Of a stretch of 64,000 bases of DNA, positions 42,395-58,140 are shown in pieces (the first letter of the stretch is position 1; each line of letters starts with the position of its first letter). This stretch comes from the human T2T-CHM13v2.0 reference genome, Homo sapiens. The position numbers and the translations under genes are program-made. The stretch is from the NCBI RefSeq assembly GCF_009914755.1, contig NC_060934.1. One strand, given 5' to 3'. Under the pieces are notes generated by a model. It saw only the letters and a list, made by a program, of their open reading frames with translations. It made no database searches and was not told where the DNA came from.

Positions 42395-42675
42395 CCTGTT
42401 GAGAACCTACTGTGTGCCATGTCTGATTCCGGATGCTGAGGAAACACAGTCTCTACACTTATTTAAAGTTTATTGAGAGAGCAGACATTGACCAAATACT
42501 CACACTAATCAGACCAATAAATGTCAAACCGCAACTGTGTTAGTGCTATGAGAGAGAAGAAAATGATATTACAAAACAGCATAATAGACAAGTTTGACCT
42601 AATCAGGGAGATCCAGAAAATCTTCCCTGAAAAGGATGGCAATGATGCCAATATCTTAAAGGTGAAGAGCTGCCT
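42395..42675 (-). mobile_element. L2 (left part, interrupted by Looper)
   Basis: gagaacctactgtgtgcca..ggatgctgagga; tcagggagatccagaaaatcttccctga. Confidence 0.7.
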
Positions 42676-42679
42676 GCAA

Positions 42680-44456
<1,777 letters not shown>

Positions 44457-44460
44457 TTTA

Positions 44461-45310
44461 GCAGGCAAAGGAGGAGGGAAGAGAATTTCAGGTAGAGAGA
44501 ACAACACATGCAAAGGACTCAGGGTAGGAGACAGACGGTTTGCTTGAACTAAGTGAAGGCTCAGGTGGTGGGAATGCAGAGAGCACCAGCGGTGGGGCGA
44601 GGCTGGAGAGGATGCGGGCACCCATGATCCAGGGACCTGTAGACATGAGGAGGATTTCTTCCCCGATTCTAAGAACAAGGGAAGCCATCTAAGGGAATTA
44701 AGCAGAGGACGGGCATTGTCACACTTGGATTTTAAAAAGTGATGATGGCATTTGAGGTGATTTTGAACCAGGCACTTGTGCATACAGGACTGGGCCTGGT
44801 GAGAAATTTCCGGCTGGAGGTGTGGAGTTGGAGGTTCATCTGCATGTAGTTCAGGTGAACATCTTGAGTCGTGAAAATCTTGAGCAAAGATGAAATCATC
44901 TGGGGGGAGGGGTATAAAGTGAGAACATCTAAGTCCCAGTGTCTGGGACCAACAATACTTTGTGGCCTGAAGAGACGATGAGCTTTTGAAGGAGACGGAG
45001 GAAGAACAGTGGCATGGGAGAAAACATGATACTGTGTGAAGGAAGACAGAGGAGGTGAATGTTCGGGGAAGGGTGCATAGCATCAGTTGCTACTAAGGAG
45101 TCTAGTAAGAGGAAAACGAAAGAACAAAAGTTTTGGAATTTACCAACATAGAGATACTTGGTAACCTTAGTGGGAGATACTCCAATAAAGTGATGAGATT
45201 ATAGGTTGGATTGGAACTAGCCAGCTATGAAATGGAAGGTAAGAAAAGAAGGGGATAGTATAGATGACTATTTTGAGAAATTTGGCTATTTAAAGGTGGT
45301 AGAGAGTAAA
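44461..45310 (-). mobile_element. L2 (right part)
   Basis: G/A-rich antisense L2: gaagagaatttcaggtagagagaacaacacatgcaaagg; gggaagccat..aagcagagga; tttgagaaatttggct. Confidence 0.75.
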
Positions 45311-45564
45311 GACACAGTAATATCAAATGGCCAGATAAATACAGCAGTGATCCTATTTATTTTAATCTTGTTTATGTTTTATTTATCGAGGCTAATTCTG
45401 CTGTAATTTAAATCAGTTTTCTACCTTCATGAACGACTTGAGAGCTCCTGATCCCTTTGAATTGTCGTGCTTCCCTGAGTTCCACTTGGCCTGTGTTTTG
45501 CAGCAAGCCTCCAGCTAGGACATGCGCTGGTTCTTGGGAGCAAGCTCAGGGGCATGAAGTTTTA

Positions 45565-45745
45565 TTGCACCAGGCATCCAACATGTCTTATCTTGGTTTA
45601 CTCTTCACAACAACTATATGAGGTTGGTTTCATTACCTCCGTTTTACAGATGATAAAAGTAAGGTTCAGAGGAGGCTACTTCCCTGCCAGAGTCGAACAT
45701 CTAGGAAGAGGGAGAACTGGGATTCAAACCCAGGTGACTGAGGCT
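45565..45745 (-). mobile_element. MIR
   Basis: ttcacaacaactatatgagg..ttttacagatga..ggattcaaacccagg. Confidence 0.75.
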
Positions 45746-47189
45746 ACACATTTCCTGACTTATCTTCGACACAAAGATAACATCGCAGTTGAAATAAACT
45801 GCCTTTCACAAGAGATTTTTCCACTCAAAACCCAGATTTTGGGGCTTATTTTTATTGCTTTCATTCATACAATCTGTCAGTACACAGCCAATTCAAGATC
45901 AGCTCCCTTTCTTCCCCGCTGTTGCCTCATCCAGTGTGTCTCTTAACTGTCTTGCTGCTGGAAGTAGTTCTGAGAAATGAAAATAATAAAACCAGTGTTA
46001 TTTCCCAGAGGCTTTGGAAACAAGTACAGGATTTTGTTTCTGCTGCTTCACCAACCCACTTATTATAATCTCAGTTCTTCTTACCTGGGACCCCACGCAG
46101 GAACAAAACAGATCTGAATCCTTTCATATCTCACCCCTGACAAGTCCCGAGTCAATGGGGTCATGTTGGTGACATGTTTGGACATGTATAGAAGGAAAAC
46201 TGGATGGAAGTCATAATCAGCATTGTGACCATGACAAGTTGATCCCACATTAAAATAGAAATGTTGAATTGGTGACGACACCGTGAGTTTGGAGATTGCC
46301 TTTTGGGTTATGTCCTTAGGATCACACAGCATGGTCAAGTGGTCCAAGATGTGGACAGCTGAGTTACACATTCCAGGTGAAACAGAGGAAAGTTGATAGA
46401 GGTGAGGTCGAGCAACATTCTTTTGTCGTTTTTTCTTTAGAATCAAAGTCCCCATTTAATAGATGTTTTCAGCCCATGGAAGACACTAATTTGAGAGAAT
46501 TATGTGTTTTTCTCTCCCAGGGTTTTGTACCTTCTCTGCATCTCTCTAATGTTAACTTATAGAACCTCTTTTAAGTGCATGTGACAAGTTGTTTCTTTGC
46601 CTTGAGGGAAAGATTTTGATGTCACTATGTGAGACTCAAGTCTTTGATGTTTAATTGTATTTTACCCAGATGACAATGAATGGTTGGACTGTGTTTCCTG
46701 CATATTGCTAAGACCATGACCATAGTGGAACCTCTACAGTCAGTGCTCACTTTGTGAGGCTGGAGTGTGACCACTTGCCCCTGGGAGGCCACGGTAGCCA
46801 CACCCCGTTCTTTGACAGCCTCTTTGAGCATAAGAGACTCTGGGTAACATAGCAGATTCTGGACTCTGGGACAAACCAGCATTATTGCCTGAGCTGATCT
46901 TCACTCCTTCTGAATTTTAAAGCAAAGGATATAGAGGCAGCCCCAACCATAGGAGCACAAGAGTATCTCCCATCCCTGTGGAGTCTGTAGATGGTGACCC
47001 TTAAGTTTACTAACACCTCGGGTTCACAGGTATCACTTGAGTTGTGGAATATCCATTTGATTGATATTCATTTAGGTGAATCCTGATTTCCCTTTTTTTT
47101 TTTACATTATAAAACGGAGGTATGCTAACTGAGGATGGGAAGCAGATATCCCTGAAACATAATAAAATTGGTTTTTAAAACATAGAAAA

Positions 47190-47405
47190 CATTTTTAATA
47201 ACTATATTAAAATGTTAATACTATACTAATAACTATATTAATATCCTATTACATTATATATTATAAGTTATTACACAAATCACACTCTTATTGTACAACA
47301 TACTACTAATACAAGTTACATATTTTAGAAATACAATTATGATAAATATAAATAATGCTAATATAATTATACCAAAATATTAACATGTCAAATCTTAGCA
47401 ATAAT
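47190..47405. repeat. AT-rich low-complexity region
   Basis: Repeated taataactata(t/c)t motifs. Confidence 0.7.
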
Positions 47406-50400
47406 ACTTGAATTATGAAACATTCACAAATCTGGACAGAGCAGAGTGTAACACTGGCTAGTGACTCAGTGGGCCTCCTGTACTGCCCTCACTGTAGAAG
47501 AAACTATCCCTTAAGCTTTGACAATTTGCTTTCAAATTATGTAGCATTTTTCTCTAGGAAGGCTTTTTATTATATTTTGGTGGCACTTAAGCCCTCCAGC
47601 TGCAACACCCCTTACCCTAATGGTTTTGTCTTTTCAGTTAACGATTTCTGGGAATATAGACACGTTTATTTAAAGTAGAGGAATGGCAGTAGCAGCAGGG
47701 ATTGAAACACGCCGGGATGTTTAGCAATAGTCACAGCAACATACAGTGGTATGAAGGTCTGGAATTTTGTTCATATCCAGGCTTAATGAATTACTGGCTT
47801 GTGATAGTTATAAAAATAGCCAAATTTGCTGGCACCTACTATATGTCAGGCACTGTGCCTAAAGACTTTATGTGTGGACTCTGGTTTCAAGTGGAATGGT
47901 TTTTATATTTCACTCAATTGTGGTTCACTGGTTAACGGTGACCATGGCATCAGAATGGCCTTGGGCCTCACAGAGTGCTGATCTTACTAACGCTGACTGA
48001 GGAGAAGGGGCCAGGTCTCCCTGGGGTGCTGATAACGTAAGGTGATGGCTGCAGGGTGGTGGCTGGGAAACCCACAAATGTCCTTCGTGTTTTACCTAGT
48101 GCTGTGAAGCAGAGTGAGGGTTTAATTCACAATTTCTTTATGTTCATGATTTTGGTTATATATTTTTAAATAGTTTTCATACTGTTATCAAATGTAAAAT
48201 AATTGAGAATATTCTTGTAATGGCCATAGAACTTGGAAGCTTTGAATTTGAAAACCTACCTTAGATAAGTGATTTCTAGCCTCCGTGCCACAGCCCTCGA
48301 GGGTCTGTAGTTGTTATCAGAAGTTCTAAATCCTTGGACACATCAAGTTCTGTCTGCAGGCTAAAGTATATACGAGTATGTGTGTGTTACAACATCTATT
48401 CAACCTATTTTGTTGCTTTTTTGATCAGCAAAATGTCTATTTCAAAACACATTACCAAATTCAAACTAGCTTTGAATTTATATCCTTTTGTATTTTTCTC
48501 AAGTCATCTGATACCAAAAGTTCAACTATTATCCCATGAGGGTGCTAAAACATTTTTTAAAAAATATATTCGTAAAGATTGGGAATGACTGTTCTGCTGC
48601 TTAAGGGATTTTTTAAAAACAGCCAAAGATTGGAAGTTACTTAGTGACTGTTGCTTCCAGCCTAGGTCTATTCTTAGAAAATATGTCAGCTTATCCTAAA
48701 GAAAAATTTCATCACTGAATTGAACCCTTCCGTTTTCCAAATATCTTAGTACTGCCTTAGAAGTAGCATGGAGTTAAAGGGAAAGATTTCTAGCCCATGC
48801 CTGATTGCCGTTTTTTGGTTTGCCTAATTAATATTCACTATGGGATAAATTACCTGCTATTCTTTGAAATTTGCTGAAAGATGCCCTTCATTCCTGTCTG
48901 CGACGGGGGACTGGTATTATTGGCAGCACTTGTGTGAGCAGAGACAGTGTAGGTATGGTGCAAAAAATACAACCAGTGCAGCTGAGAGCATGGTAACCAT
49001 TCTGAGTGTCACAAAAGGTGTAAATCATGTGTTGCAATTCTGAGCACATGGACACAGCTCTATTCCAACCTCTACCTAGGAAAATATCCATTTCCTTTGT
49101 GCGTACTCCCTGGTCTTGCCCAGCCATAGGAATTATGTGTTATTCTTATGTTGAAATATCTAAAGCAAATGAATTTGGTCTCTAAATAACAAATTAGTCA
49201 AAAGTTCACTTTCAACCACTTACTGGAATTTGGGGACATATTTTCTCATAGAACTGGTTTGCATGTAGGTTCCCAGTTGGGCTGCAAGAACAACCTCTTT
49301 GACTCAGAATGGAATTGAAAGATGCTTTCGATTCTCTTGTTTCCTCTTGTCACTATGGGAAAATGCTGCTCTGTCCTAATCCCCTTGGCCCTGAAAGTGA
49401 ATGGTCTTGTCCCTTGTCAAGTGTGGCTTGATTGTCTTCCTCTTCCTTGGCTGGCTGAGTGATAAAGGCATGGAGTTGCCCCACTCTGTGGCTCCTTCAT
49501 TTGTAAGGGATGTTCAGGAGTCATCAGAAGGCATGTTGATACTTCTTTTACTAAATAGCAAAAGCATAATGCCCTTTCAGCATTCCTCTTCTCTCCCCGC
49601 CCCCGTCTCTTCTAAAACAGAAAAAAAGAAAAGGTTAATGTGAGAACTGCCCAGTAAAAAGATTATATTCTATTTTACAACCTTACTTATTCAGTAACGT
49701 ATGGAGAGCAGTCCTGGTATACAGATACATGTACGATGTGATAAAGTTTGTGAGATGGTAATTGGATTCCCAAAACCGGTATGTTGAAGGTGTTTTATTC
49801 TATCTGCAAAGAGCTCTAAGAAACTCAAAAGAAGGCTGCTGTGTAAATTAAGTGGATTATTGCTGTGAACATACGTATGGACTTAAATGTCCAGGGTCTA
49901 CAGTGAATGTTGGTTTAGCGTTCACTTAGAGACTTGTCTTTGGCGGATAAAGTGTTTGCAGCCAAGCAGGTGACATTGAGAATGAAATGGGGGTGAGCAG
50001 CCATCAGCATTCTTAGGAAGGAGGAGTGATTCCTAAAGGATCCAGGCAAGCAGGTGCTATGGAATGATGGTTGAAAACGTCGTAGGCAAGAAAAAAGCAT
50101 CAGTATTAGGGCAAAATACTAGTAATCTGATTAATCTCAATTAATTAAAATGTTTAATAAACTGCCAACATCAGTATCTCAGAATGAGTGAAACAAAAAG
50201 CTTTCCTTTTTCTTCCTGTTTTTGTTAGAAGTTTATTGAAAAATGATATATCAGCATACTTTTTTAGTGTGAGAAAATACCAATTAAGAACATTAGTTTA
50301 AGTCTCTCTTGAATTATTCAGAAGGAAAAACAAGTCAGATCCATTGTGGGTATTTTTGTTGTTTGTTTTTTAGAGTCCAGGTAGACATGAACAAGCAGAA

Positions 50401-51214
50401 GTTAAAATAGCAGATGGGATATTGATGGTCATACATGGGGGAAGCTTGTTAACAGCATTGGCCTGGTGGACAGACGCCAAGCTTAAATCAGGCCAACTTT
50501 ACTCCTCCTCGAGAAAGATTATTGGAGGATAAGGAGGATACTATACGGAACTTTGTCTTAGAATTGTAAATAATAGTCAAAGAGCCCAAATTCAGCAGCA
50601 AGCAAAAAGGGACAGAGTAAAAAGAAAAGGCAGTTGCTATGGGGGTGCATTAGCATTGCAAGGACGTAGGCTTGATTTGTTATACAGCAAGAGCTAGGTA
50701 AATGTGGCCTGAGGGCTTTAAATGCGCACAGCTTGCTTTAATATCTGTGGACAGACCCAGATCCAGGGCTACTTGTCAATTCTCGAATGTTTTTTAGGTG
50801 AAAGCTTCTAAGAATGCTTTACAGCTCAGAATTAAGTACTGATTGCCCACTCACATTTCTCCTGTTACCAGTGTAACATGTAGCACCTAGCATTGCCTTT
50901 TTAAAAGAATGCTGGCTCTAGGTGAAATTGTGTGTTTAGCCTTTCCTTTGGTGCATACTAAAATGATGTGGATTCATTAGGGAAAAGTTTATAGTCAAAG
51001 AAGCATTGAGTTGATCTATGGACTTAGGTCTGTTTTTAACTTCCTAAGCCTTAGGAAAATTTAAATCACCTGGTTTGAGCTCTGCAAATCAAGGCTTTGG
51101 TAGTCAGTAGTATAATTTCAGGCTTACAGGGGATTGACTGTAGGGGAGCTTGTCTTGCAGATCTAACTTGGTTATTGATAACATGTAGCTTTTGAAAAAA
51201 GCAGGTTATAGTAA

Positions 51215-51350
51215 ACTAGAGAGGTTATGAAAGAAGTATTGGACTTGTAGATAATACCTGGCTTTGAATTCTTGCTCTGTCATTGACTCCTTAGTAACCT
51301 TAGGCAAGTCACTTTATTTTTCTGGGCTTCAATTTCCTCCCCTATAAAAC
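51215..51350 (+). mobile_element. MIR fragment
   Basis: taaccttaggcaagtcactt..ttcaatttcctcccctataaaac. Confidence 0.6.
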
Positions 51351-53662
51351 GGTGATTTCCCAAGTCCTTTGCTGTTTTGCAAACCGTTAACTCTGAGACA
51401 AGTGAATGTCTCCGTGGTGGTAGTAGTTCACACAGTGCCGAGGGTTATCATTATAAATACCAGATTTTCAGTGTACAGAGGGGTTGTAAGAACCAAGTGT
51501 GCACATGGGGAGGAATGTGTGCCAACACCAGAACAAACCCCAGCAAAAGGCTTTGAGTTTGGGTGCTTTTATAATGACCACCATTGCCAGTTGTTTCTCT
51601 CTTAAAGCCAAGTACAGGGAAAGTAAGGAAACACGACTCTGGAAACATCTGAAATAATCCCAAGTGGGTCAGTTCTGATGAGTCCAGTACTGAAGGCATT
51701 GTAAGGCTTTTATAACGAGAGACCTGATGCCCTAAGCGTGATCAAAATACCAGAAGTAATGAGGTCAATTTGTTGGCGTTCGAAACTTCTGTCTTCCAAA
51801 TACTGAGCCTTGAATGTGTATGCTTTTGTCTCCTGGAAAATGATGCAAATCCTCTGAGCCTTGTAAAAAAATACCTATTATTACTTTTATCAGCAAAATT
51901 TGAAGTTGAAACCAGAAAGCAGTTAGGTTCAAAGTTAGCGTTTATCGTCGTGTGAAACATTTCATTGCCCTGTAAGTGAGATACATTGAAGTACAGGGGT
52001 GAGCCTCTTGACAGATGAATTATGAACAATTCACCATAATCAAAACCATACAGTGCACATAAACATAAAATTAATATCACTTTTATGGACTCTAGTCCCA
52101 CAGCTTGAGAAGTTATGTGAGTAGAAGAAAAATATGTAGGACAAAGACAGTAGTCTTTCAAACTGCTACATCAGGATTTAGACATACAGTAACACCTGTA
52201 AAAGCATATTAGGAGTTTTGCAGCTAAAGCCCAAAGTAATCCTTGAGAAAAGCATACCAAAGGGAATGCAAAATAGAAATGAGAGCTGGGAAGTGACCTG
52301 CGTAGGTAGGCTAGAGCAGACCATTTGCTTCTGGTTTGAGATAATTCCCTCCATTCGTGTTTCATCCATTTCGTTTTGAATGCTTTCCCTTGGAGGACAA
52401 TTCCATAGTCTAATAGATACAGATACTTGAGAGCTTCTTTAAGACATTCAGTCTATTTATAAAAAAAAAAATGCTCCTCCAGTTGCTGTATAATTGTTCT
52501 TCCTTGTATTATCCTAAAGGAAGTGGTGGGGGGGGGAATGTATGCAATGGGAAATCGAGTTCAACAACATTTCTCTCTTGGGTGCTACAGATTTCATCTT
52601 TCATAAACTTATGCTTTGCTCACAGAAAATGATTACCAAGGGAAGGGAATGAATTCACTGCTTTTCCAGAGCTGAACGAGTTCTACCTATAACAGGTGCT
52701 CACAGAGAATAACACAGTCCCAAGTCGAAATAGTCCCTAAATGTATTTTTCCTTGGCCTCATTTTAATGCTTGACCCATTTCTAGAGTCACTGGTTTCAT
52801 TCATCCAGAACCTTGTTCATTTCCAAATCCCCTATCTTCCAAAATCTATCTATACTCCCTACAAACTAACCACTCAGAAAAGCTAGGTAGAGATGTAACA
52901 CTGGACTTATTTAAAAGCTTAATGGGTGAATGAATAATTATGTCAGATTAGAAAAGAGTGGGCGGTTCTTTCTCTTCATGCACGGCTTGCAGAAAATATA
53001 AAAGAATCGGAGGCTGCCAGTCTGTATTCTCTTACCTATTACATATTCTTGACCTGTGCAAGAAAAGACTCTAAACCTTTGGCTGTCCAGTGGTTGCTGT
53101 CTGGGAGTGATGGTGCTATTGGGCACATCCATTGCTTTGCTTTAGAGAATCATGCTGCTCCCTTCTTCAGCATAACGTGATGTGATTAAAGAATTAAGCA
53201 AATGCTGTTGGACCCAAAGAGATTTGTTTTACAATTGATTAAATCACTTGAGCAGCTCACATTTTCTATTGCGATTTGGAGTCTGTGTGTACAGTTGGGG
53301 TGTGACGGGGTGCATCTCCTTCATGTACTCAAAGTATAAAACTACTTACTCCTCTGTTTTACTCTTACTCCCTACCCTCTCTGGAGTTTTAAGGGGACTC
53401 CTTACATTTATTGCCCTGGAAGTAAAACTAAAAACGTTCTAAAACTTACTGAGAGTGACAAGAGAGGAGTATCTCAAAAATGTATAAATTTCATACGTTT
53501 TTTGTACTTACCTGAACTAAAGTCCTCTCACCTAAATGAACTCTTATTCAAAAATAGCTTTATGTTCCCATCTGTAGACCTTGGTTTTAGCAGATACCCA
53601 GCTTTTAGGTTGAAGTACAGCTGTCACCTCAACAAAAACGTGCGGAAAATGCAGATGGCCCA

Positions 53663-54015
53663 TGGTATGGTTTGGCTCTGTGTCCCCACCCAAATCTTGC
53701 CTTGAATTGTAATAATACCCATGAGTCAAGGGTGGGACTAGGTGAAGACGATTGAATTATGGGGGTTCAGGGATTTTCCCCATGCTGTTGTTGTGATAGT
53801 GAGTTCTCAGGAGATGTGATGGTTTTATAAGGGGCTTCCCCCTTCACTTGGCATTCATTCTCACTCCTGCCTCCCTATGAAGAGGTGCCTTCCGCCATGA
53901 TTGTAAGTTTCCTGAGGCCTCTGCAGTCATGCAGAACTGTAAGTCAATTAAACCTCTTTATAAATTACTCAGTCTTGGGTATTTCTTCATAGCAGTGTGA
54001 GAATGGACTAATACA
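53663..54015 (+). mobile_element. THE1 (C-like) MaLR solo LTR
   Basis: tggtatggtttggctctgtgtccccacccaaatc...gaatggactaataca; TSD gccca/gcccc. Confidence 0.93.
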
Positions 54016-54334
54016 GCCCCCCCCCCTCCTTTTTAGGCCATGGAATCTAGCAATTCAAGATGAAAAGAGAAGTTGTCACTCACCTTTCCCTCTTGGGTCA
54101 GCTTCTGCCATCACCTGGCAGTATCATCACATATGATCAGAGTTACCACAGTAGAGTGCAAACAGCAATAGCAAGATGCACTGTACTGCAAGATGACTTT
54201 GGGATTTGTTAGCTGCTGACCATTTTTACTACTTATAGCGCTAAGAAAAAAATGAAACGGAACCATCCAGATTATAAACTGTTGTGAATTGCTCTCCGGT
54301 TTATAAATGTTTTAGCCATACTTATGAGAGTCAT

Positions 54335-54540
54335 TAAGGTAGAGAGGAAAGAGCTTTGCACTTGACAGATGCTAGTTCAAATGCTGATTTTGCTACTGAG
54401 GGTCACCTTGAGCAAATCATTTAACCTCTCACAACCTCAATTTCCTCATTTTAAAAATGGAAATAACATAGGTTTATTGTGAGAATTAAGTGAGGTCATG
54501 TAAAAGATCCAAGTAGAGACCCCATTAATGTTAGTTCCCC
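54335..54540 (+). mobile_element. MIR
   Basis: accttgagcaaatcatttaacctctc..tcaatttcctcattttaaaaatgg..tgtgagaattaagtgag. Confidence 0.75.
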
Positions 54541-56769
54541 TTGCTTTTTCTTTGTTTAAATGAGCTGTATTTTTACAAGTCTTTTACAGTCATGAATGGA
54601 TAATTTCTTAGTAAGCACCTAGTTCCTGGACCATCCTAGGTGCTTAGTAAACATTCATGGAATGAGCAAGTGGGCGAGTACATATATTTAGTGGGATGTG
54701 GCTATTACTAGTTCCTCTATTAAGACCAGGAACATACAGTTTGCAGTTTACCTGTGATTACTCAGAAAATGGATTCACTGATGGCTACCTGGACATCTAT
54801 AAAAATAAGTAGACTTTGTACTTATTTCAGGCAAAGGCAGTGTTAGACGTGAAAGTTTCTGTCTGCATTAACCATTACCTTCCTCTCTATCAGACACTCA
54901 TTCTGTGAGAAGATAATTGGTGCATGACAGTGATTTGGATATTGAAGGGACTTTTCATTGTGTATTGTAGAGAGAACCTTATGTGGGTGGTTAATTTAAG
55001 ACTTCTGTGATAAGCCCCTATTCCGGAGGTGGAGGAGGATGCTGGACAGGCTTTGCTGAGACAGTCTTAAATTTCAGTCAAAGTCCTGATAGTCACCTAA
55101 TGAAAAGAAAATTATATGAACCACAAGTTGATCCACGTCTGTTGTCATTAGAATTAAGTTGAGCCAGCTGCCAGTTTCTAGAGGCAGGCTAGGGCTGTCT
55201 GTCTCAGCCTGCTTCTGGTTTTACTTTCTGAGTGGGCCCAGTGAGATGAATTAGTCTGGTGTTCCTTTGAAAAACAGGTGCTGGTTGAATTTCTCAGATG
55301 TTGCTTTAGCATCCATTTCATAGAAATCAAACTTAGAAAAAATTATTTAAATGGTGCTTATTTGGGGATAGGGGGCAATTCCAGTCTTATAATAAATTCA
55401 TTAGTGAAGTGAAGACTTACTCATGTACATTGGTTCTAGCAGATAAGAACTTTTATAAAATGGGACATGTTCTCACGTTAATAGCATCAGCTAAAAATGT
55501 AAGATTTTTTTTGAAGAAGCTTTTACAAAGGGATTTTCTATTACCCAGGTTGGCAAAAAGACCAGCAGCCTAGGGGGAGGAAGAAAGAAGCCTTCAGGAG
55601 TTGGTGTCTAAATCTCAGTCTCATAATTGAAAGGGTGCTTCTTGAAAACTCAAGTTTAACTAGCATCCAAGTTCTCTAAGTCATACCTGGGACAATTCAA
55701 GTTTGAAAAACTGACTAAACAAAATGTTAGGGAAAGAGCATTCATGTTCCCGATAGAACATTTTTCCCAGGAAAGATGGAAATTCTACTTGAGGAGCCTG
55801 CTTTGCTGTTTTGGCACTGAGGGATCAGATACCAGCCAGAACTTGGAAGAGTTGAGATAGAAAAAAAATAAAAAATAGGAGATTTCATTAAATTCACGTG
55901 TTAGAACCTCTGGAAGGGTTCTCATGGGAGATGGATTTAGAAATAGATGAAAATTTGTACGAGGAGATTTTGACAGATTTGTTTTTTCTCTGGCATACTT
56001 GACACATTCTTTTGCCCACTCTGGTAAATAAGTATTGGCAAAGGGTTTCTAGTGTGTATCAGCTGGGCTTCCTTGATGTTCTTTACCTTAAGAAAGAAAG
56101 GCTTTCAGGACACATTCATCACTTAGGGATGTATTTTCCCTGGCCTCTGATGTCCCCATTATATTGGTGCTGTCTTCCATGCATTTTTAACTCATGGAGA
56201 ATCAAATAAAACAAGTTTTATTCTGGGCCTGATAACACATCACCCTGGCCTAGTTTTCGTTCCCTGGAGAGACTTGCAGATTTGCCTGTCACTTTGGCCA
56301 GTTTATCACAGAGTGGCGTGTGTTCCTATGGCCTGGGGCTGGGGCTGCATCCCTTGCTTCTGTTTGGACCCAGAGTCCTGTGGAGGGCAGGAATGAGGAA
56401 GGTGACACCCCCTGTCCACGCTCACACAGGCCCATCTCTGCTTTACCTCCAGGGACTCTTTCAGAATCCAAATCTGTTAAAACTCCAAGAAAACATAGGA
56501 AAAAAAAATGGTATCCTGCTTCTAGCTCCTTCCAACAGAGGATCCTAAAGAGAGTCCACTCAGTTGCAGCCAACGGTTGAACTTTGTTTCGTTGCAGTGA
56601 TAAGGATGAGCTGTATGACCTGCCCAGGTGCTGATATCTATCTCCAAACTCTCTTCCCGCTAGTTGTTCTATATTTCCAGATCACTCAGCTGTTCAACAG
56701 AAACGTACTGATGGCTGGCCTGGGTGAGGCACTGTGCTAGGTGGCCCTGCAGGGCAGTAACTGAGTCCT

Positions 56770-56930
56770 TAGGAGACATAAAAATGGCTCCAGATCCTAC
56801 TTTGCTCTGAGTAGAGAGTAACTATGTAAATCACTCCTCTTCTGTGGCTCTCAAGTCTCTGATCTGTAAAATGAGGAGATTACTTAGATGAGCTCTGAGA
56901 TCCCTTCCAGTTCTAAAAATGCTATGATTT
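56770..56930 (+). mobile_element. MIR3/MIR-like fragment
   Basis: atctgtaaaatgagg..tagatgagctctgagatcccttccagttctaaaa. Confidence 0.6.
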
Positions 56931-57949
56931 TCAGATTACAGATCTCTGGAGTCAGTGTTTCACATTTCCAAATTTAAGTTGAAAACCACATTCTTTGAGC
57001 TCTTGGCATGAAGTCCATGCTGTCTGTGAGTAAGCCATGCTTTATGGCCTGCTTGCTTCATCCATGGTAGGAAACAATCTATTGACTTCAAGATACCTCT
57101 TGTAGATGGAGAAAGAAGCTGCCTTTGAGCAAAATGGTCAGAGTTTGTTGTCCTTCAGATAGTGTGTGTGAAACAGCCCCTTGGTGTGTAATGATTAGCT
57201 GTAAATGGAATGAGGTGAAGTTACTTTTTCCTAATATCTCTAAGCTGAATAAATAGATGTCAGATAAAAAATTCCATTCATATAAGAATAGTGTTCCTCC
57301 TCTCCCTTCATGAAGGAGTCAGCCATGAGGATGGATCGTAACCCTGGGTCCCATACCAGGACACAGTGCATCCTTCGGTTGTGATTGTTATCTTATCCTG
57401 ATTGGCAGTGAGGTGGGGGTTCAGGGTGACCCTTCTGTTCATACCACGGAATCTGTTGACAGCTGACACCTCTGTTGGGAAAATAAAAATGAACTGGGGA
57501 AAGGAGTGAAAGGACCATTATCACTTTGACAGATGCTCATGATTGGGGACTGTGCCAACTGGTGAATTCCTAATAATAGGAAACAAATGTGTATTTCAGC
57601 TTCTTGACTGCTCTGTGAAAGGGGCTTCTAGGAAGGAACCCTTAAATGTAAATGTAATTGAGTTTAAATAACAGGGACGGGAAGAGGCCACAACCGACTG
57701 GCCTAGGAGTAGCGTGATGATGGTGGTATCTATTTCTGTCACGGAGGGGTGCCAAGACCCCAAATAACCAGCCTATCAAGGATGGAAAATAGCTTGGGTC
57801 TTCTATGAAAGTTTTTACTAAGGTAATGTTAGGCTCCCTCTCTAGAACCTCAGTTCAGCCCTCTGCTTTGACCTGTTTTCTCCTTTGCATTTTCCATATT
57901 TCCCCTTTTCCTGCAATGGGTGATGCATGTAGTTACTCTCTGCCCCATC

Positions 57950-58140
57950 TCACCGAGTTGAGTGGTTGAGAGCAAGGACTTGGGAGTCTGACAGCTTGAA
58001 TTGGACTCTGGGTTCCACCACTGACTTGGGCAAGCCAGTGAACCTCTCCATACCCCAGTGTCTTCATCATTAGAAAGGGGATGATGATGCCATTTTCATT
58101 TAGTGATAAGGGAGAATTAGATCAGAAAGTGTACGGAGAG
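57950..58140 (+). mobile_element. MIR
   Basis: gagtggttgagagcaaggactt..tgacttgggcaagcc..aacctctc. Confidence 0.7.

Noticed and set aside
55178-55218. Short hairpins (also ~22078-22101) as pre-miRNA
   Set aside because: Stems of only 9-13 bp; too short and expected by chance
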